Assembly: GCA_963835575.1 (NCBI GenBank)
Contig: CAWIGG010000003.1
Span: 1-64,000 of the forward strand
Length of the DNA: 64,000 bases
Source: an uncultured Spirochaetota bacterium
GTDB taxonomy: Bacteria; Spirochaetota; Brevinematia; Brevinematales; JAOACQ01
Reading direction: 5' to 3'
Shown here one piece after another: positions 49,712-60,526 of this stretch. The first letter of the stretch is position 1; every line of letters starts with the position of its first letter. The notes below the pieces were generated by a model, which was given only the letters and a program-made list of their open reading frames with translations, was not told the origin of the DNA and searched no databases. The translations under genes and the position numbers were made by a program.

Positions 49712-49857
49712 CCGTCATTGCGAGAGGCCGTTTTCTTCCACGCCACTAACCGTAGCACGAAGCAATCTATAAATTATCTACAGTTCCTTTGAAAGCAGAC
49801 AGATTGCTTCGTACGATGAATAGTGGCAAAGTTCAATCAAGTGACTCGCAATGACGG
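49712..49857. repeat. Nested palindromic element between convergent genes
   Basis: Outer CCGTCATTGCGAG/CTCGCAATGACGG, inner CGAAGCAATCT/AGATTGCTTCG; second copy at 63901. Confidence 0.85.
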
Positions 49858-49867
49858 TCTTTGTATT

Positions 49868-50416
49868 TCAATTCTTTCTCTCCAGCAGCTTCTCCACGAG
49901 CTTTTTCAGTTCAATGATTTCATTCTGCAAAGAAGCGATTTTTTCCTCCAGAACCGATTGAGAAACAATGATCGAGACCGCGTTGGCTGAAGTCTGCCAG
50001 CCTTCCCCTTTTTCCGATAAAACCAGGTCCAGGATGGCAGGCTCGCCTCCTTTAACCGCAATGTTCTGGATATAGCTCGGTTTATAACCGGTATAACCCA
50101 TGGGAACGATCATCAGGTCATAATTCCCGGGTTCCAGATTATCTAAATTAAAAATGCTTTTATCCCATCTGGCGCTTTCACCGCCGACCTTTTTCCCTTT
50201 ATAAAAAAGAGTCAGATTTGCTGTAACGGTGCCGACGGATTTTCTCTCGCTGTAAAGAGAGACTTTTTCCCCGTCCATTCCTTTGCCGTAAATAGTCCCG
50301 ACGATCAAACCCCTATCCTTCCGGGAAGATTCTTCGCAGAAAAGCCGTGCGGAAAAAAGAAATAAAACCATTAAAAAACAACCAACCGCTTTTTTAAACA
50401 TTAGTTTAACCTCCAT
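49868..50416 (-). CDS. Secreted protein with carboxypeptidase-regulatory-like beta-sandwich and C-terminal coiled coil
   Basis: Signal peptide; FNLDNLEPGNYDL. Confidence 0.65.
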   Translation of the reverse strand: MEVKLMFKKAVGCFLMVLFLFSARLFCEESSRKDRGLIVGTIYGKGMDGEKVSLYSERKSVGTVTANLTLFYKGKKVGGESARWDKSIFNLDNLEPGNYDLMIVPMGYTGYKPSYIQNIAVKGGEPAILDLVLSEKGEGWQTSANAVSIIVSQSVLEEKIASLQNEIIELKKLVEKLLERKN

Positions 50417-50677
50417 TTTTCATATTATTACCATTAAAAAACATAAATAATTAAGAATTAACCGGGGATATTTTACATCCCGCCGGAAAATGCCGCGAAT
50501 TTTCCATTAATATAAATAAGGATAAATTCAAAAACCTGCTCTTGATTTATTTTTCAATAACAGTTAATATAAATCGAGGCTTATAATTAAATTTTAACAA
50601 TATTTTCTTTTTAGAGGAATTTATTTTATAATATAATAACTAATAATGTAATTTTATGATAATTTAGGGAGGTCTTT

Positions 50678-51184
50678 ATGAAAATTTGGATAGTCGGTTT
50701 AATTTTATTCTGTTTAAGCATGACGGCTTTTGCGCGGTCTTTTGACAACCTTACGCCTGTCCAGCGAAAATCTTTCGCTTCCGACTGGCTTGATACCGGC
50801 AAGGCGTATTATGCGAGCCATAAGAATACCAAAGCCAAGAATTGTTTTTTATACGTAAATGATCTCTATCCGATGGGCAAAGACGCGGAGGAAGCCCGGG
50901 CGCTCCTGAAAGATAACTTTAAAATTACCGTCAATTATAATCCTGAAACACAATTCAAGGCTTATATTAAAAGGGCTGACACCGCAGCCGGCAATAATTA
51001 TAAACTCAACAATCTTCTGATGGCCCTGGAAATAAAAACTGATAAGGATATCCTTCATAAAACCGCGGTTGTTTATAACTCACTGGGCGATAAAGACAAA
51101 GCCTCTGAATACCTGAAGAAAGCCCTGGACGCGGGACTTTCCCCCGATTCTGTTGACCCAAGCCTTAAAGACCTGAATAAATAA
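50678..51184 (+). CDS. Secreted TPR-like protein
   Basis: Signal peptide; AVVYNSLGDKDKASEYLKKAL. Confidence 0.75.
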   Translation: MKIWIVGLILFCLSMTAFARSFDNLTPVQRKSFASDWLDTGKAYYASHKNTKAKNCFLYVNDLYPMGKDAEEARALLKDNFKITVNYNPETQFKAYIKRADTAAGNNYKLNNLLMALEIKTDKDILHKTAVVYNSLGDKDKASEYLKKALDAGLSPDSVDPSLKDLNK

Positions 51185-51215
51185 GGCGGGCTTTATCTCA
51201 TAGACGGGGGAGATT

Positions 51216-52931
51216 GTGGAATTTGTTTTTGTCGGCGCAGGGCTGTTATTTTTAATCGGTTATTATTTGTTCTATTCAATGCAGGACCGGAAGATCAGGC
51301 AGGCTGAAAAAGCGGTTCAGGCCGGCGATCTTGATACTGCCCTTTCCATTTTCATGAATTCTTTAAGAAAGAATCCCAATGATATCGAATCGCTCTGGCA
51401 CCTGGGCAATATTAATGAAGAAAAAAAACAATACCCGGAAGCCATCGGCTATTATACGAAGCTTCTGGAGATCGGAAAAGAAAGCCGTCTCTTCACTTCA
51501 TATGAGCTTTACAGAAGGGTCGGGCTTCTCTATCATATTATTGACAGGGACCAGGAAGCCCTCGATTTTCTAATGCAGGCTTACAATATGATCCAGTCTT
51601 CCAAGGAAGTGCTGGAGACTATCGCCATCATTATTTATTCCCAGAAGTTTTTTCACAGGGCCGTCGCTTTCTTTGAAAGGGCCTATCAGTTCTTGAAGCG
51701 AAAGCCGCCTTTTCTTAAATATTTCGGCCTCTGCCTTGTCATGACCGACCGCCTCAATGAATCGGCCGGCCTGCTGGAAGAATCCTCGCGGCTGGACCCG
51801 CGGGATTTTCAGACGCGCTTTATCCTCGCGTATGTCTATTTTAAGATCGGCGCTATCCAAAAGGCGAGGGAACTGGTGGAAGATATTGTCAATTCAGAAA
51901 GAACATCCCTGAACAGCGAACAGCTCTATTACTCGATCAAGATACTTTTCCTTATCTATCTCAATGAAAAAAATTATGATATCGCCAGGGAGCTGGCCGG
52001 CCAGCTGAAAAAAATAAATGACGGCCTCAAAAGCAAAACTTTTGAGGAAGAAACCAATATGGCCTATATTTTTTTCCGGATCAAACAGGGCTATTTTGAT
52101 GTGGCCCTTGAAAGCATCAGTAAAAATATCGATATAAAAGAAAGTATGGAAGGAATGGATGATGAGGAAAAACAGCAATTGAGGGAAACCCGCAGCTATA
52201 TCTATGAAATGGTTTCAACGCTGGATAAATATAAAAAAGAAAGCGAAAAATCGCTTTACACGGGGAATAAGCCCCTAAAGCTGGATGTTGATTTTGCGCT
52301 GCTGGAATCAAGAGCGCAGGACGCGGGCAAAGAGCTCGCGAAAATGTATGATGAATGGCAGGGCAAATTTGTGTCTTCGGAAACCCTCTGGGAGTTTTTT
52401 AAACCAAAGGCCAAGAGCCAGTTTGATCCCACAATTATTCTTGATAAATACGCCGAAGATACTTTCCGGTCATTAAAGAAAAAAACTTCGCCTTCATTAA
52501 AGGAAACCATAGACAAAGAAAGAAAGGATGATACGGCCCAGATTGACCCCTGCAAGGTCTTTATGGAGGCCGACCTTCCAACATTTCTGGAAATGTCGGC
52601 AAAATTGGTGGAAAATATGGGCCTAAAGGTCATCAATCAGGCCGTTAAAATCGACCCTCTCGCCTATTCAGAGGGCAGGGCCGTTGATATGCTCTGCGAA
52701 GAAAAATATCAGAAGGATTCCAGGGTCCTTTTCTGCATAAGAAGATGGACGGAACCTATTGGTTATCTCAGCGTCAGCTCGATCATCCAGGCCCTTAAAA
52801 CACTGCAGGCCGGAAAGCTGATCCTCGTATCGACATCTTCTCTTTCCCTGGAAGCCAGCCGGGCTTTCGAGGACAACCCCGACATTCAATTTTTCCCCTG
52901 CGAGGAAGTGGCCAATAATTTCAGCGAATAA
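51216..52931 (+). CDS. Membrane-anchored TPR protein with C-terminal Mrr-like domain
   Basis: N-terminal TM, several TPRs, FLEMSAKLVENMG...VDML...RRW...LVSTSSLS. Confidence 0.75.
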   Translation: MEFVFVGAGLLFLIGYYLFYSMQDRKIRQAEKAVQAGDLDTALSIFMNSLRKNPNDIESLWHLGNINEEKKQYPEAIGYYTKLLEIGKESRLFTSYELYRRVGLLYHIIDRDQEALDFLMQAYNMIQSSKEVLETIAIIIYSQKFFHRAVAFFERAYQFLKRKPPFLKYFGLCLVMTDRLNESAGLLEESSRLDPRDFQTRFILAYVYFKIGAIQKARELVEDIVNSERTSLNSEQLYYSIKILFLIYLNEKNYDIARELAGQLKKINDGLKSKTFEEETNMAYIFFRIKQGYFDVALESISKNIDIKESMEGMDDEEKQQLRETRSYIYEMVSTLDKYKKESEKSLYTGNKPLKLDVDFALLESRAQDAGKELAKMYDEWQGKFVSSETLWEFFKPKAKSQFDPTIILDKYAEDTFRSLKKKTSPSLKETIDKERKDDTAQIDPCKVFMEADLPTFLEMSAKLVENMGLKVINQAVKIDPLAYSEGRAVDMLCEEKYQKDSRVLFCIRRWTEPIGYLSVSSIIQALKTLQAGKLILVSTSSLSLEASRAFEDNPDIQFFPCEEVANNFSE

Positions 52932-52945
52932 GGGAGGCTTGTTTT

Positions 52946-53832
52946 ATGAATTGGACAAAGAAGGCCTTAAACCTTATAGCAAGCGGTCTGATCGTACTGA
53001 TAATCATCGTCTGGGCTTACTTTCTCTATCAGGATTTTAAAGACCTGCCCGTATCCGGAGAAAATTTAAAATTTACTGTTTTTAATGTTAAAATCCTTCT
53101 TTTCTCCCTGTTTCTCATCACGTCATTAACCACCGCTTTTTACCTGAACTCGATGGATAAAAGAGAAATAAAACAGCAGCCGGGGGATCATGACCATTCT
53201 TTCCTGGTACAGAAAATAAATGACGCTATAAATTTAATAAAAAACCTGCCGAAGGCAGTGGAAGAAAAAAAGGCGCCTGAAAAAGCGCCGGCGGCGGATC
53301 CCGTCGACGCGAAAGACCTGGAAAAAATTCAAAAGTATTCATCCGTCAGGAGTAAAGACGATCTTTTTCCCCCCTTCATCGAAGCGGCCGCGAACTCACC
53401 CGGGCCGGAAGAATATCCGTCTATCTTTATGATTTTCAAAATAAAAAGCTGACAATGATGAAAAATACCGGGTTCAAAACCAATTATACTTTTGATGAAA
53501 AAGAAGAAGACCTGGAACGGAGCATCGCATGGCAGGCTTTTCAAAACAGCAAGAGGATTTTCGCGACAAATATTGAAACGCATCCCGGGATCAGCAGAAA
53601 GAACAAATCACAGTACAGTAAAAAATCCCTGATGATCCTGCCCATAAGGATTCTTGAAGACGAAACGGTCGGGGTCGTCAATATGACCGAGAAAAATACT
53701 GAAGACGGCGTTTTTTCGAAAAAGGACCTTGAACTAATGGGCATACTTTTGGGCCTTCTGGAAGCGAAGCTTGAAAACCAGATCCTCTTAGATTCCCTCG
53801 AGGGGTTCATATCAAAAAAAGAAAAAGCCTGA
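52946..53832 (+). pseudogene. Two-TM protein with GAF domain, frameshifted near 53393 (possible assembly error)
   Basis: SLMILPI...VGVVNM...FSKKDLELM; adding one A joins the two ORFs. Confidence 0.72.
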
Positions 53833-53897
53833 AAATATATTCAAGAAAAGCTTAAACATTAATACCTGAAATTTTTTTTCACCACAGAGTGCACAGA

Positions 53898-55598
53898 CAG
53901 ACTGTGTGAAAAAGGCGGTGTAAGACAATAAAGGCGGAGAAAAATCCTCAAATTTATTTTAATAAGGTATAATATGTAATCAAATTTGAGGTGTGTAAGA
54001 TGAACCATATAACAGGAGAGCCAAGAGACCAGATAGTACTTTACGCGGAAACTATTGATGGTTTGATAGAAGAGAAGAACCCTGTAAGAATTATAGACGC
54101 ATATGTGAGCAGACTAAACATCAGGAGGTTGGGATTCAAAATTAAAGAGGCGAAAAAAGGGCGTCCATCCTACACAGCGGATGTATTGTTGAAAATATAT
54201 ATTTACGGATATTTGAACAAAGTCAGGACCACGAGGAAATTAGAAAACGAATGTAAAAGGAATACGGAACTGATATGGCTGACCTGCCGCTTAGCGCCTG
54301 ATTTTAAGACCATAGCGGATTTCAGAAGGGATAATATTAAGGGCATAAAAAACATTTTCAAAGAGTTTTTGAAAGTATGCCGCAAATTAGAACTGCTGAC
54401 ATTTAAATTAACAGCGACAGATGGAACGAAAATAAGTGGGCAAAACAGTCTGGGTAATATTTATAGGCGGGAAAGCATTGAAGGAGTTGAGAAAAAGATT
54501 AATGAAAAAATAGACAAATATCTTTTGGAATTGGATAAAAATGATAAATCGGAAGAAAACGAGTTTGAGTTTTTATCCAGCAACATTGAAAAAAAGCTGG
54601 ACAGCCTCAAGACAAGAAAAGAAAAAGTAGAAGCGATAAAAAAAATGTTTGAGGCCGATCCGGAACTTGAAATCGTTTACGGGAATGATCCCGACGGCAG
54701 AATTGGGAAAGATAAAGGGAAAACGGATGTTTTGTACAACGCGCAGATAGCAGTGGACGAAAAGAATAAATTGATTGTCGCGGTGGATGTAACCAATGAA
54801 AGTAATGATGTTCATCAAGCGGGAAATATGGTTAATAAAGTTGAAGAAATAAAGAAAGAACTTGAAGCCGAACCGGGATTAAAAACCATACATGTCCTGG
54901 ATGCCGGATATTATTGCGAAAGTGAGATATTACCGCTTACAGACGGGGGTCATGAAATCTATATTCCAAGCCCGCGCGATGAAAAAGAAAAAAAGTCCAG
55001 GTACAAAGAGCAGCAGAAAGAAAGTATCCCGGCAAAAGGATATCTGGCAGAAGATTTCAAGATTGATAAAGAGAAGAACCAGTTGATTTGTCCGCAAGGA
55101 TTACGATTAAATAATCAAAGTGTATATCAGGATAAAAACACGGGGATTACTGTAGCGGAATTCAAGTGCAGGAACAAGAATTGTGAGAAGAAGCATTTAT
55201 GCACAAAAAGCAAAGAAGGCAGGACGGTAAAGTTATCGGTGCGAAAGGAAGATATGGATAAATTCGATGAGAAGGTCCGAAGTGAATTGGGGCAAAAGAT
55301 TGTTGCAATCAGAAAAGAGTTGGCAGAACATCCATTTGGAACAATAAAAGGAAATTTTGGTTATAATAATTTCTTGCTGAAGGGGATTGATAAAGTAAAA
55401 AGCGAGTTTAATTTCACGGCATTTATCTATAATTTTAAAAGAGTTCTGAATATTGCTGGTTTTGATAAGTTATTAGCCGCAATATAGTCTGAATTTCAAT
55501 GATTATCAGTAATTTTTTATTCAGGCTCTTCTTTAAAGTAAGCAGGAACCTTTAGATGCCTGATCTTATAAATGTATTCTCTTTTTTCACACAGTCTG
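53898..55598 (+). mobile_element. IS1182-family element #4 inserted in a hairpin
   Basis: IRs CAGACTGTGTGAAAAA/TTTTTCACACAGTCTG; flanks form an inverted repeat; no direct repeat seen. Confidence 0.88.
53991..55487 (+). CDS. IS1182-family DDE transposase
   Basis: GRPSY, PDFKTIADFR, TDGTKI, YNAQ, LDAGY, AEHPFGTIK. Confidence 0.95.
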   Translation: MCKMNHITGEPRDQIVLYAETIDGLIEEKNPVRIIDAYVSRLNIRRLGFKIKEAKKGRPSYTADVLLKIYIYGYLNKVRTTRKLENECKRNTELIWLTCRLAPDFKTIADFRRDNIKGIKNIFKEFLKVCRKLELLTFKLTATDGTKISGQNSLGNIYRRESIEGVEKKINEKIDKYLLELDKNDKSEENEFEFLSSNIEKKLDSLKTRKEKVEAIKKMFEADPELEIVYGNDPDGRIGKDKGKTDVLYNAQIAVDEKNKLIVAVDVTNESNDVHQAGNMVNKVEEIKKELEAEPGLKTIHVLDAGYYCESEILPLTDGGHEIYIPSPRDEKEKKSRYKEQQKESIPAKGYLAEDFKIDKEKNQLICPQGLRLNNQSVYQDKNTGITVAEFKCRNKNCEKKHLCTKSKEGRTVKLSVRKEDMDKFDEKVRSELGQKIVAIRKELAEHPFGTIKGNFGYNNFLLKGIDKVKSEFNFTAFIYNFKRVLNIAGFDKLLAAI

Positions 55599-55725
55599 TC
55601 CGTGATCTCTGTGGTTAATTTATGGCTTTTATAAAGATTTCAATAAATCCTTATTATCAATGAAATATTTTTCCCCGGCCGCAATATTCCTTAAACTGCT
55701 TCGTCAATATGAGTGAGAGAAGATT

Positions 55726-56331
55726 ATGGATATGACAATATCAGCGGCCCCGGCATATGAATACGGCTTTAAAGAGAGGTCTATGAAAGAAGGACATAAT
55801 TTGACCGTGCGGATTGTCGACTTTTTTAAATCGCAGAGAGGCAAGCTTATCCACTACATCCGCGGCAGGCTCCGCGACGCTGCCGACAGGGACGCGGAAG
55901 ATATCCTTCAGGACGTGATGCTTAATATACTGGAATCTGTCGATCCTGCCTCTCCGATTGAAAACCTGGGCGCTTATGTTTATAGATCAGTGCAGAACAG
56001 GATCACCGATAATTACAGGAAGCCGAAAAACCAGGTATACCTGGATGAGCCGGCCGATAAGGAGAACGGACTGACCCTTTCCGAAATCCTTTCGGACGTC
56101 CGCTATGACACGCATAATATGATTGAAAAGAGGGAAATCATGGAAAGGATTTACAAAGCCCTGGACAGTCTTTCATCAGAACAGAAGGCGGTCTGGATCG
56201 CGACCGAACTGGAAGACCATCATTTTGAAGAGCTTGCCGTCCTCTGGGACGAGCCGATGGGCACGCTTCTGGCAAGGAAGCACAGGGCTTCAGCGGTTTT
56301 AAGAAAAAAGCTGAAAGACCTGATGTTATAA
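55726..56331 (+). CDS. ECF-type sigma-70 factor
   Basis: DAEDILQDV; region 4 FEELA...PMGTLLARKHRA. Confidence 0.9.
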   Translation: MDMTISAAPAYEYGFKERSMKEGHNLTVRIVDFFKSQRGKLIHYIRGRLRDAADRDAEDILQDVMLNILESVDPASPIENLGAYVYRSVQNRITDNYRKPKNQVYLDEPADKENGLTLSEILSDVRYDTHNMIEKREIMERIYKALDSLSSEQKAVWIATELEDHHFEELAVLWDEPMGTLLARKHRASAVLRKKLKDLML

Positions 56332-56342
56332 ATTTTTAAATA

Positions 56343-56795
56343 GTGGAGGATCATATGAATAGATGGAGAAGTTCTTTTTGGAGGCGGGGACCCGGAATAT
56401 TTACCGCTACGATAATGGGCCTGGTATTTATCACCCTGTTTGCTTTTCTTTTCGGGTTTATCGTACAGCAGCTCTGGAACGCGCTCATGCCGTCGCTTTT
56501 TAATCTTAAAACCATCACATACTGGCAGGGTTTCGGGCTTGTGATTCTGGCGAGGATCCTGATCGGCACCTTCGGCTCCGGTATGGGGAAGCGCAGCCAT
56601 TACCACAAAATGAAACACTACGGGCCCGGCTACGACGAGGACAGCGACAACCAGTGGTATGTCAGAGGCGGATGGAATAAATGGAAATACTACAATAAAT
56701 ACTGGAAGGAAGAAGGCAAAGAGGCCTTTGAGAAGTACATTGAAAAACTTGAAAACGAGCGTCAGGATAAAGACACTCAGGAACCCGGAAAATAA
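56343..56795 (+). CDS. Membrane protein downstream of the ECF sigma factor
   Basis: LWNALMPSLFNLKTITYWQGFGLVILARIL. Confidence 0.75.
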   Translation: MEDHMNRWRSSFWRRGPGIFTATIMGLVFITLFAFLFGFIVQQLWNALMPSLFNLKTITYWQGFGLVILARILIGTFGSGMGKRSHYHKMKHYGPGYDEDSDNQWYVRGGWNKWKYYNKYWKEEGKEAFEKYIEKLENERQDKDTQEPGK

Positions 56796-56797
56796 AC

Positions 56798-56839
56798 GGC
56801 ACGGGTAGAGACGCAGCATGCTTCGCCTCTACCCGTGCC
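56798..56839. terminator. Hairpin between convergent genes (GTAG-type REP-like)
   Basis: GGCACGGGTAGAG/CTCTACCCGTGCC 13-bp stem. Confidence 0.7.
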
Positions 56840-57133
56840 CTATTCGTACATGAGAAAATCGGTTTTATAAGAAACAATCTTTTCAGGATGAAAACTCTCT
56901 ATTAAATTAAAAACATTCGACAGAATACTCTGCAGATATCCCGAATCGCCGGAAACGGCCGCGACGGCGATTTTAGCCCTGGGCGTCACATCTTCCGTTT
57001 CGGTAATTTCAGAGATGCTCACATTAAACTTTTTCCTCACCATGTCTTTTATACTGCGGAGAACATTCCGTCTCTCTTTTATCGTCTCATGGAAGGGAAT
57101 TGACAGGTCGATTGATAAAACCCCGATAACCAT
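56840..57133 (-). CDS. DUF503 (YlxP-like) protein
   Basis: MVIGVLSIDL...IKERRNVL...KKFNVSISE. Confidence 0.85.
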   Translation of the reverse strand: MVIGVLSIDLSIPFHETIKERRNVLRSIKDMVRKKFNVSISEITETEDVTPRAKIAVAAVSGDSGYLQSILSNVFNLIESFHPEKIVSYKTDFLMYE

Positions 57134-57220
57134 TATCCGCCTCCTTTTTTTAAGGTCAGTTCTAAAAACTAATGTTTTTAGAACTGCGATTGCAGCGCAG
57201 AATCATGCTGTCCTAAGCCG

Positions 57221-58551
57221 CTATTTATAACAGCGGACCATATCCAGAACCGCTTCCCATTTTTCGCATTTCTCAAAGCGGAACAACTCTGGATATTTAA
57301 TAAATTCCTTAAATGGGATTTTTGACAATATATTCTTATAGTTTTCAGCCAATATCATCTGGTAGTTGCAGAGGACGCGGTAGAGTATTTTCCTTTTCAT
57401 GATATAAGGTATTTCGATGCCGTATCTTTTAATAATCCGTTCTGTTTCTTTATTGCAGAAATCCTGGTCCGGCCAGAATTCCCAGCCGTTACAGGCCTTT
57501 AGAGCGAACTTCATCCAGGGGGAATTTTCGGCCGGGTGCAGGCTCCCCATAGCGCGGGCATCCTTATAGGACCACATCGACCACGAAATCCCCTCTTCCT
57601 CCAGGATCTCAAGAAAATCGCAGAGTAGTTTTTCCTGAAATTTTCTATTTCCTTTCTTCATTGAAACCCCTGTCTCTCCGCACCAGACAGGTCTTTTAAG
57701 CCTGTTCCTGATATCCTTGAGCGTGACAACATGGTTCAATACTTTACGGATACTTTCCTTTTGATGTTTTAGATCTTTACTGATATGATCTGTAAAAAAG
57801 AGCGGGTAAAAATGGAATGTGCATGCCGTATTCTTATCCCGGATTGTTTTGAAATGACTGAAATCTGTTGTATACGCATCGCCTTCAATAAACAGAAGAT
57901 GGTTTTTATCGACTTTGCGTATTTCTTTGATCAATTTATCGAAAAAGCCGTCGATGACGCTTTTATCGGAAACAAAAAGTACGGGTTCATTCAGAAGGTC
58001 ATAAGCGGCGATCCATGGATTGTTTTTATAATGCCCGGCGATATATTTCCAGAGGGCTATCACCCTTTCCCGGTAGTCCGCGGTTTCCCAGAAGAGGCTT
58101 TCCCCGACGGCGTTATCGCAGTGCCAGTCGGGATTCTGGCCGCCCGGCGCCGCGTGCAGGTCGAGAACGGCGTAAATCCCGTATTTTTTACAGTATGACA
58201 GAATACGGTCGATCTGCTCGAACCCTTTTTTATCATAAACATACGGGGCCTGGTCCGACTCGAAATGATGGTAATTGAAAGGGATCCTGACGGCGTTCAC
58301 TCCCAGTTCCTTCATAAACGCGAAGTCGCTTTCTCCAATATAACATTCATAATATTTCCGCCAGAACTCTTCCGCTTTCTCTTTTCCATAAACCCGGATT
58401 ATCTGACTTCGGACCTGGGACTCGGGACCGGGATCCCCAGCATGAAATGCTCCAGGTTCAGCCAGTTCCCGATACCATAACCGCGGAAAATAATCTTTTC
58501 CCCGTTTACCGAAAAATCCAGCCCTTTTACGCAGACGAAATTATTCTTCAC
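57221..58551 (-). CDS. Glycoside hydrolase family 5; one frameshift near 58430 (possible assembly error)
   Basis: GNWLNLE, VRIPFNY, DLHAAPGGQ, LLNEP, WCGETG, WSYK; GTG start at 58551. Confidence 0.88.
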
Positions 58552-58567
58552 ATTTTCCCCCGATATG

Positions 58568-59974
58568 CTACGCGTCTTTTAAGAAAGCTTTATAACCCTT
58601 GAAAGTCTCATAAAGATCGGCTTTGCTGACCACTTCAAAGGGGGAATGCATACCGTCAACACCGACGCCGCAGTCCAGTACGGGAATGCCCCAATCAGCG
58701 AGATAGAGCGCGACGGTCCCGCCGCCGCCTTCGTCCACTTTGCCGAGGATGCTCGGCTGCCAGATCACTTTATTATCATTGAATATCTTTCTCACTTTGC
58801 CGACTATTTCGGCTGAGGCGTCGCTTGCCCCGGACTTGCCCCTGGAGCCCGTGTATTTCTCCAGAAGGATGCCGTATCCCATTTTCGGCGCGTTTGTCGC
58901 ATCAAACACGTCCTTGAACATGGGATTGATGACCGCCCCGACATCTCCGGATATGCAGAAGGATTTCTCCAGAAGGCCGCGGAGGTCCGACTCCTTGTAA
59001 TCCGGGTATTTCAGGCCGAGAATATTCCCGATGGAATTATAGAGGAACATGGAGCGGATGCCCGTAACGCCGTATGAGCCTATTTCCTCTTTTTCAACCA
59101 GAAGGGCTATGATCGTCCTGTCCGGCGTGCCGTTAAAATCGACAACGGCGCGGAAGGCCGCGTAGCTGCATGAACGGTCGTCATGCCCGTAAGCCCCGAC
59201 CATGCTCCTGTCGAAACCGACATCGCGGGCCTTATGGGCGGGCACGATCTCAAGCTCGGCCGATATAAAATCCTCTTCCGTTATCCCGTACAGCTCATTG
59301 AGCTTCTTAAGCGTCATCTCCTTCACTTTTTCCTGCATATCCTTATCATTAACCGGTATGTTCCCGATGAGGACCTTCAGGTTCTCGCCCTCAATGCCTT
59401 CCAGGAGCTTTTTCTCGCCCTGGACCTTTCCGGCAAGATGCGGCAGTATATCGTTGATCGTAAAGACAGGGTCCTTATCATCCTCGCCGACGCTGATATC
59501 AACAGACGTCCCGTCTGATTTCATTATTGTCCCATGAATCGCCAGGGGTATGTTCACCCACTGGTATTTCTTGATCCCGCCGTAATAGTGCGTCTTGAGA
59601 AGCGCCATATCGCTGTCCTCTATGAGCGGCAGGGGCTTTAAATCCAGCCGGGGGGCGTCTAAATGCGAAGCGATCATATTGATCCCTTCTTTCATATCTT
59701 TTTTTCCGATGATGACAAGCATGATGTTACGGCTGCCGTTCTTGATGATGATCTTCTCGCCCGGCGCGTATTTCGCGGCCGATATATCCTTAAAGCCCAT
59801 TTTTTTCGCTTCATCGTCCAGAAAACGGACGCATTCCCTTTCTGTTTTGCCCGCGTTCATGAACTTCTTATAGTCTTCCGCAAAATCGGAAATGAGGTTC
59901 ATTTCCGTCTTGCTGGCGCAGAGCCAGACGCTCTTTCTTTCATAGGCATAAGCCGACTTTTTTGTTTCCGCCAT
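58568..59974 (-). CDS. apeA: M18-family aminopeptidase
   Basis: SHLDAPRLDLK, HYYGGIKKYQW, GHDDR, KEEIGS, MHSPFE. Confidence 0.9.
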   Translation of the reverse strand: MAETKKSAYAYERKSVWLCASKTEMNLISDFAEDYKKFMNAGKTERECVRFLDDEAKKMGFKDISAAKYAPGEKIIIKNGSRNIMLVIIGKKDMKEGINMIASHLDAPRLDLKPLPLIEDSDMALLKTHYYGGIKKYQWVNIPLAIHGTIMKSDGTSVDISVGEDDKDPVFTINDILPHLAGKVQGEKKLLEGIEGENLKVLIGNIPVNDKDMQEKVKEMTLKKLNELYGITEEDFISAELEIVPAHKARDVGFDRSMVGAYGHDDRSCSYAAFRAVVDFNGTPDRTIIALLVEKEEIGSYGVTGIRSMFLYNSIGNILGLKYPDYKESDLRGLLEKSFCISGDVGAVINPMFKDVFDATNAPKMGYGILLEKYTGSRGKSGASDASAEIVGKVRKIFNDNKVIWQPSILGKVDEGGGGTVALYLADWGIPVLDCGVGVDGMHSPFEVVSKADLYETFKGYKAFLKDA

Positions 59975-60217
59975 TTTAATACTCCTGTTCTTTTTAAACT
60001 GTAAAGATTTATTTTAAAAGAAAATAGGTGAAAATGCAAGGAGAGACGTTTTGACCGGCAGCCTGTCGGAATAAAAATTCCCGATAATTTAATTGAAAGA
60101 AAAGACTTTGACCCCCGGCTCACTGTAAACGGTTGTTGAAAATGCCCCTTTATGTTATAATCTAAAATAATTGATTTGTGTCTTTTAATGCAAACAAAGA
60201 TATGTTGGAGGTTATTT

Positions 60218-60526
60218 ATGAATGAAGCCGTAAAAAACAAGATCGCGGATTTAAAAAAGAAATATGAATCCGAAGGCTTTATCATTCTCGGCATATTCGG
60301 CTCCTATGCGCGCGGCGAGGAAAAAAAAGACAGCGATATTGACATCCTTTATGAGACTACCGCTGAATTCAAAAACAGATATTCCGGGTTTGAATATTTC
60401 GGCAGGATTTACGATATAAAAGAAGAATTAAAAAATGAGTTCCATCAGGAAGTGGATTTGGCAAGCAGGAACGCTTTAAATAAGATCGGGAGAAAATACA
60501 TACTGCCGGGGGTTTTATATGTTTAA
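60218..60526 (+). CDS. Minimal nucleotidyltransferase (MNT) antitoxin
   Basis: GIFGSYARGE...SDIDIL...VDL. Confidence 0.9.
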   Translation: MNEAVKNKIADLKKKYESEGFIILGIFGSYARGEEKKDSDIDILYETTAEFKNRYSGFEYFGRIYDIKEELKNEFHQEVDLASRNALNKIGRKYILPGVLYV

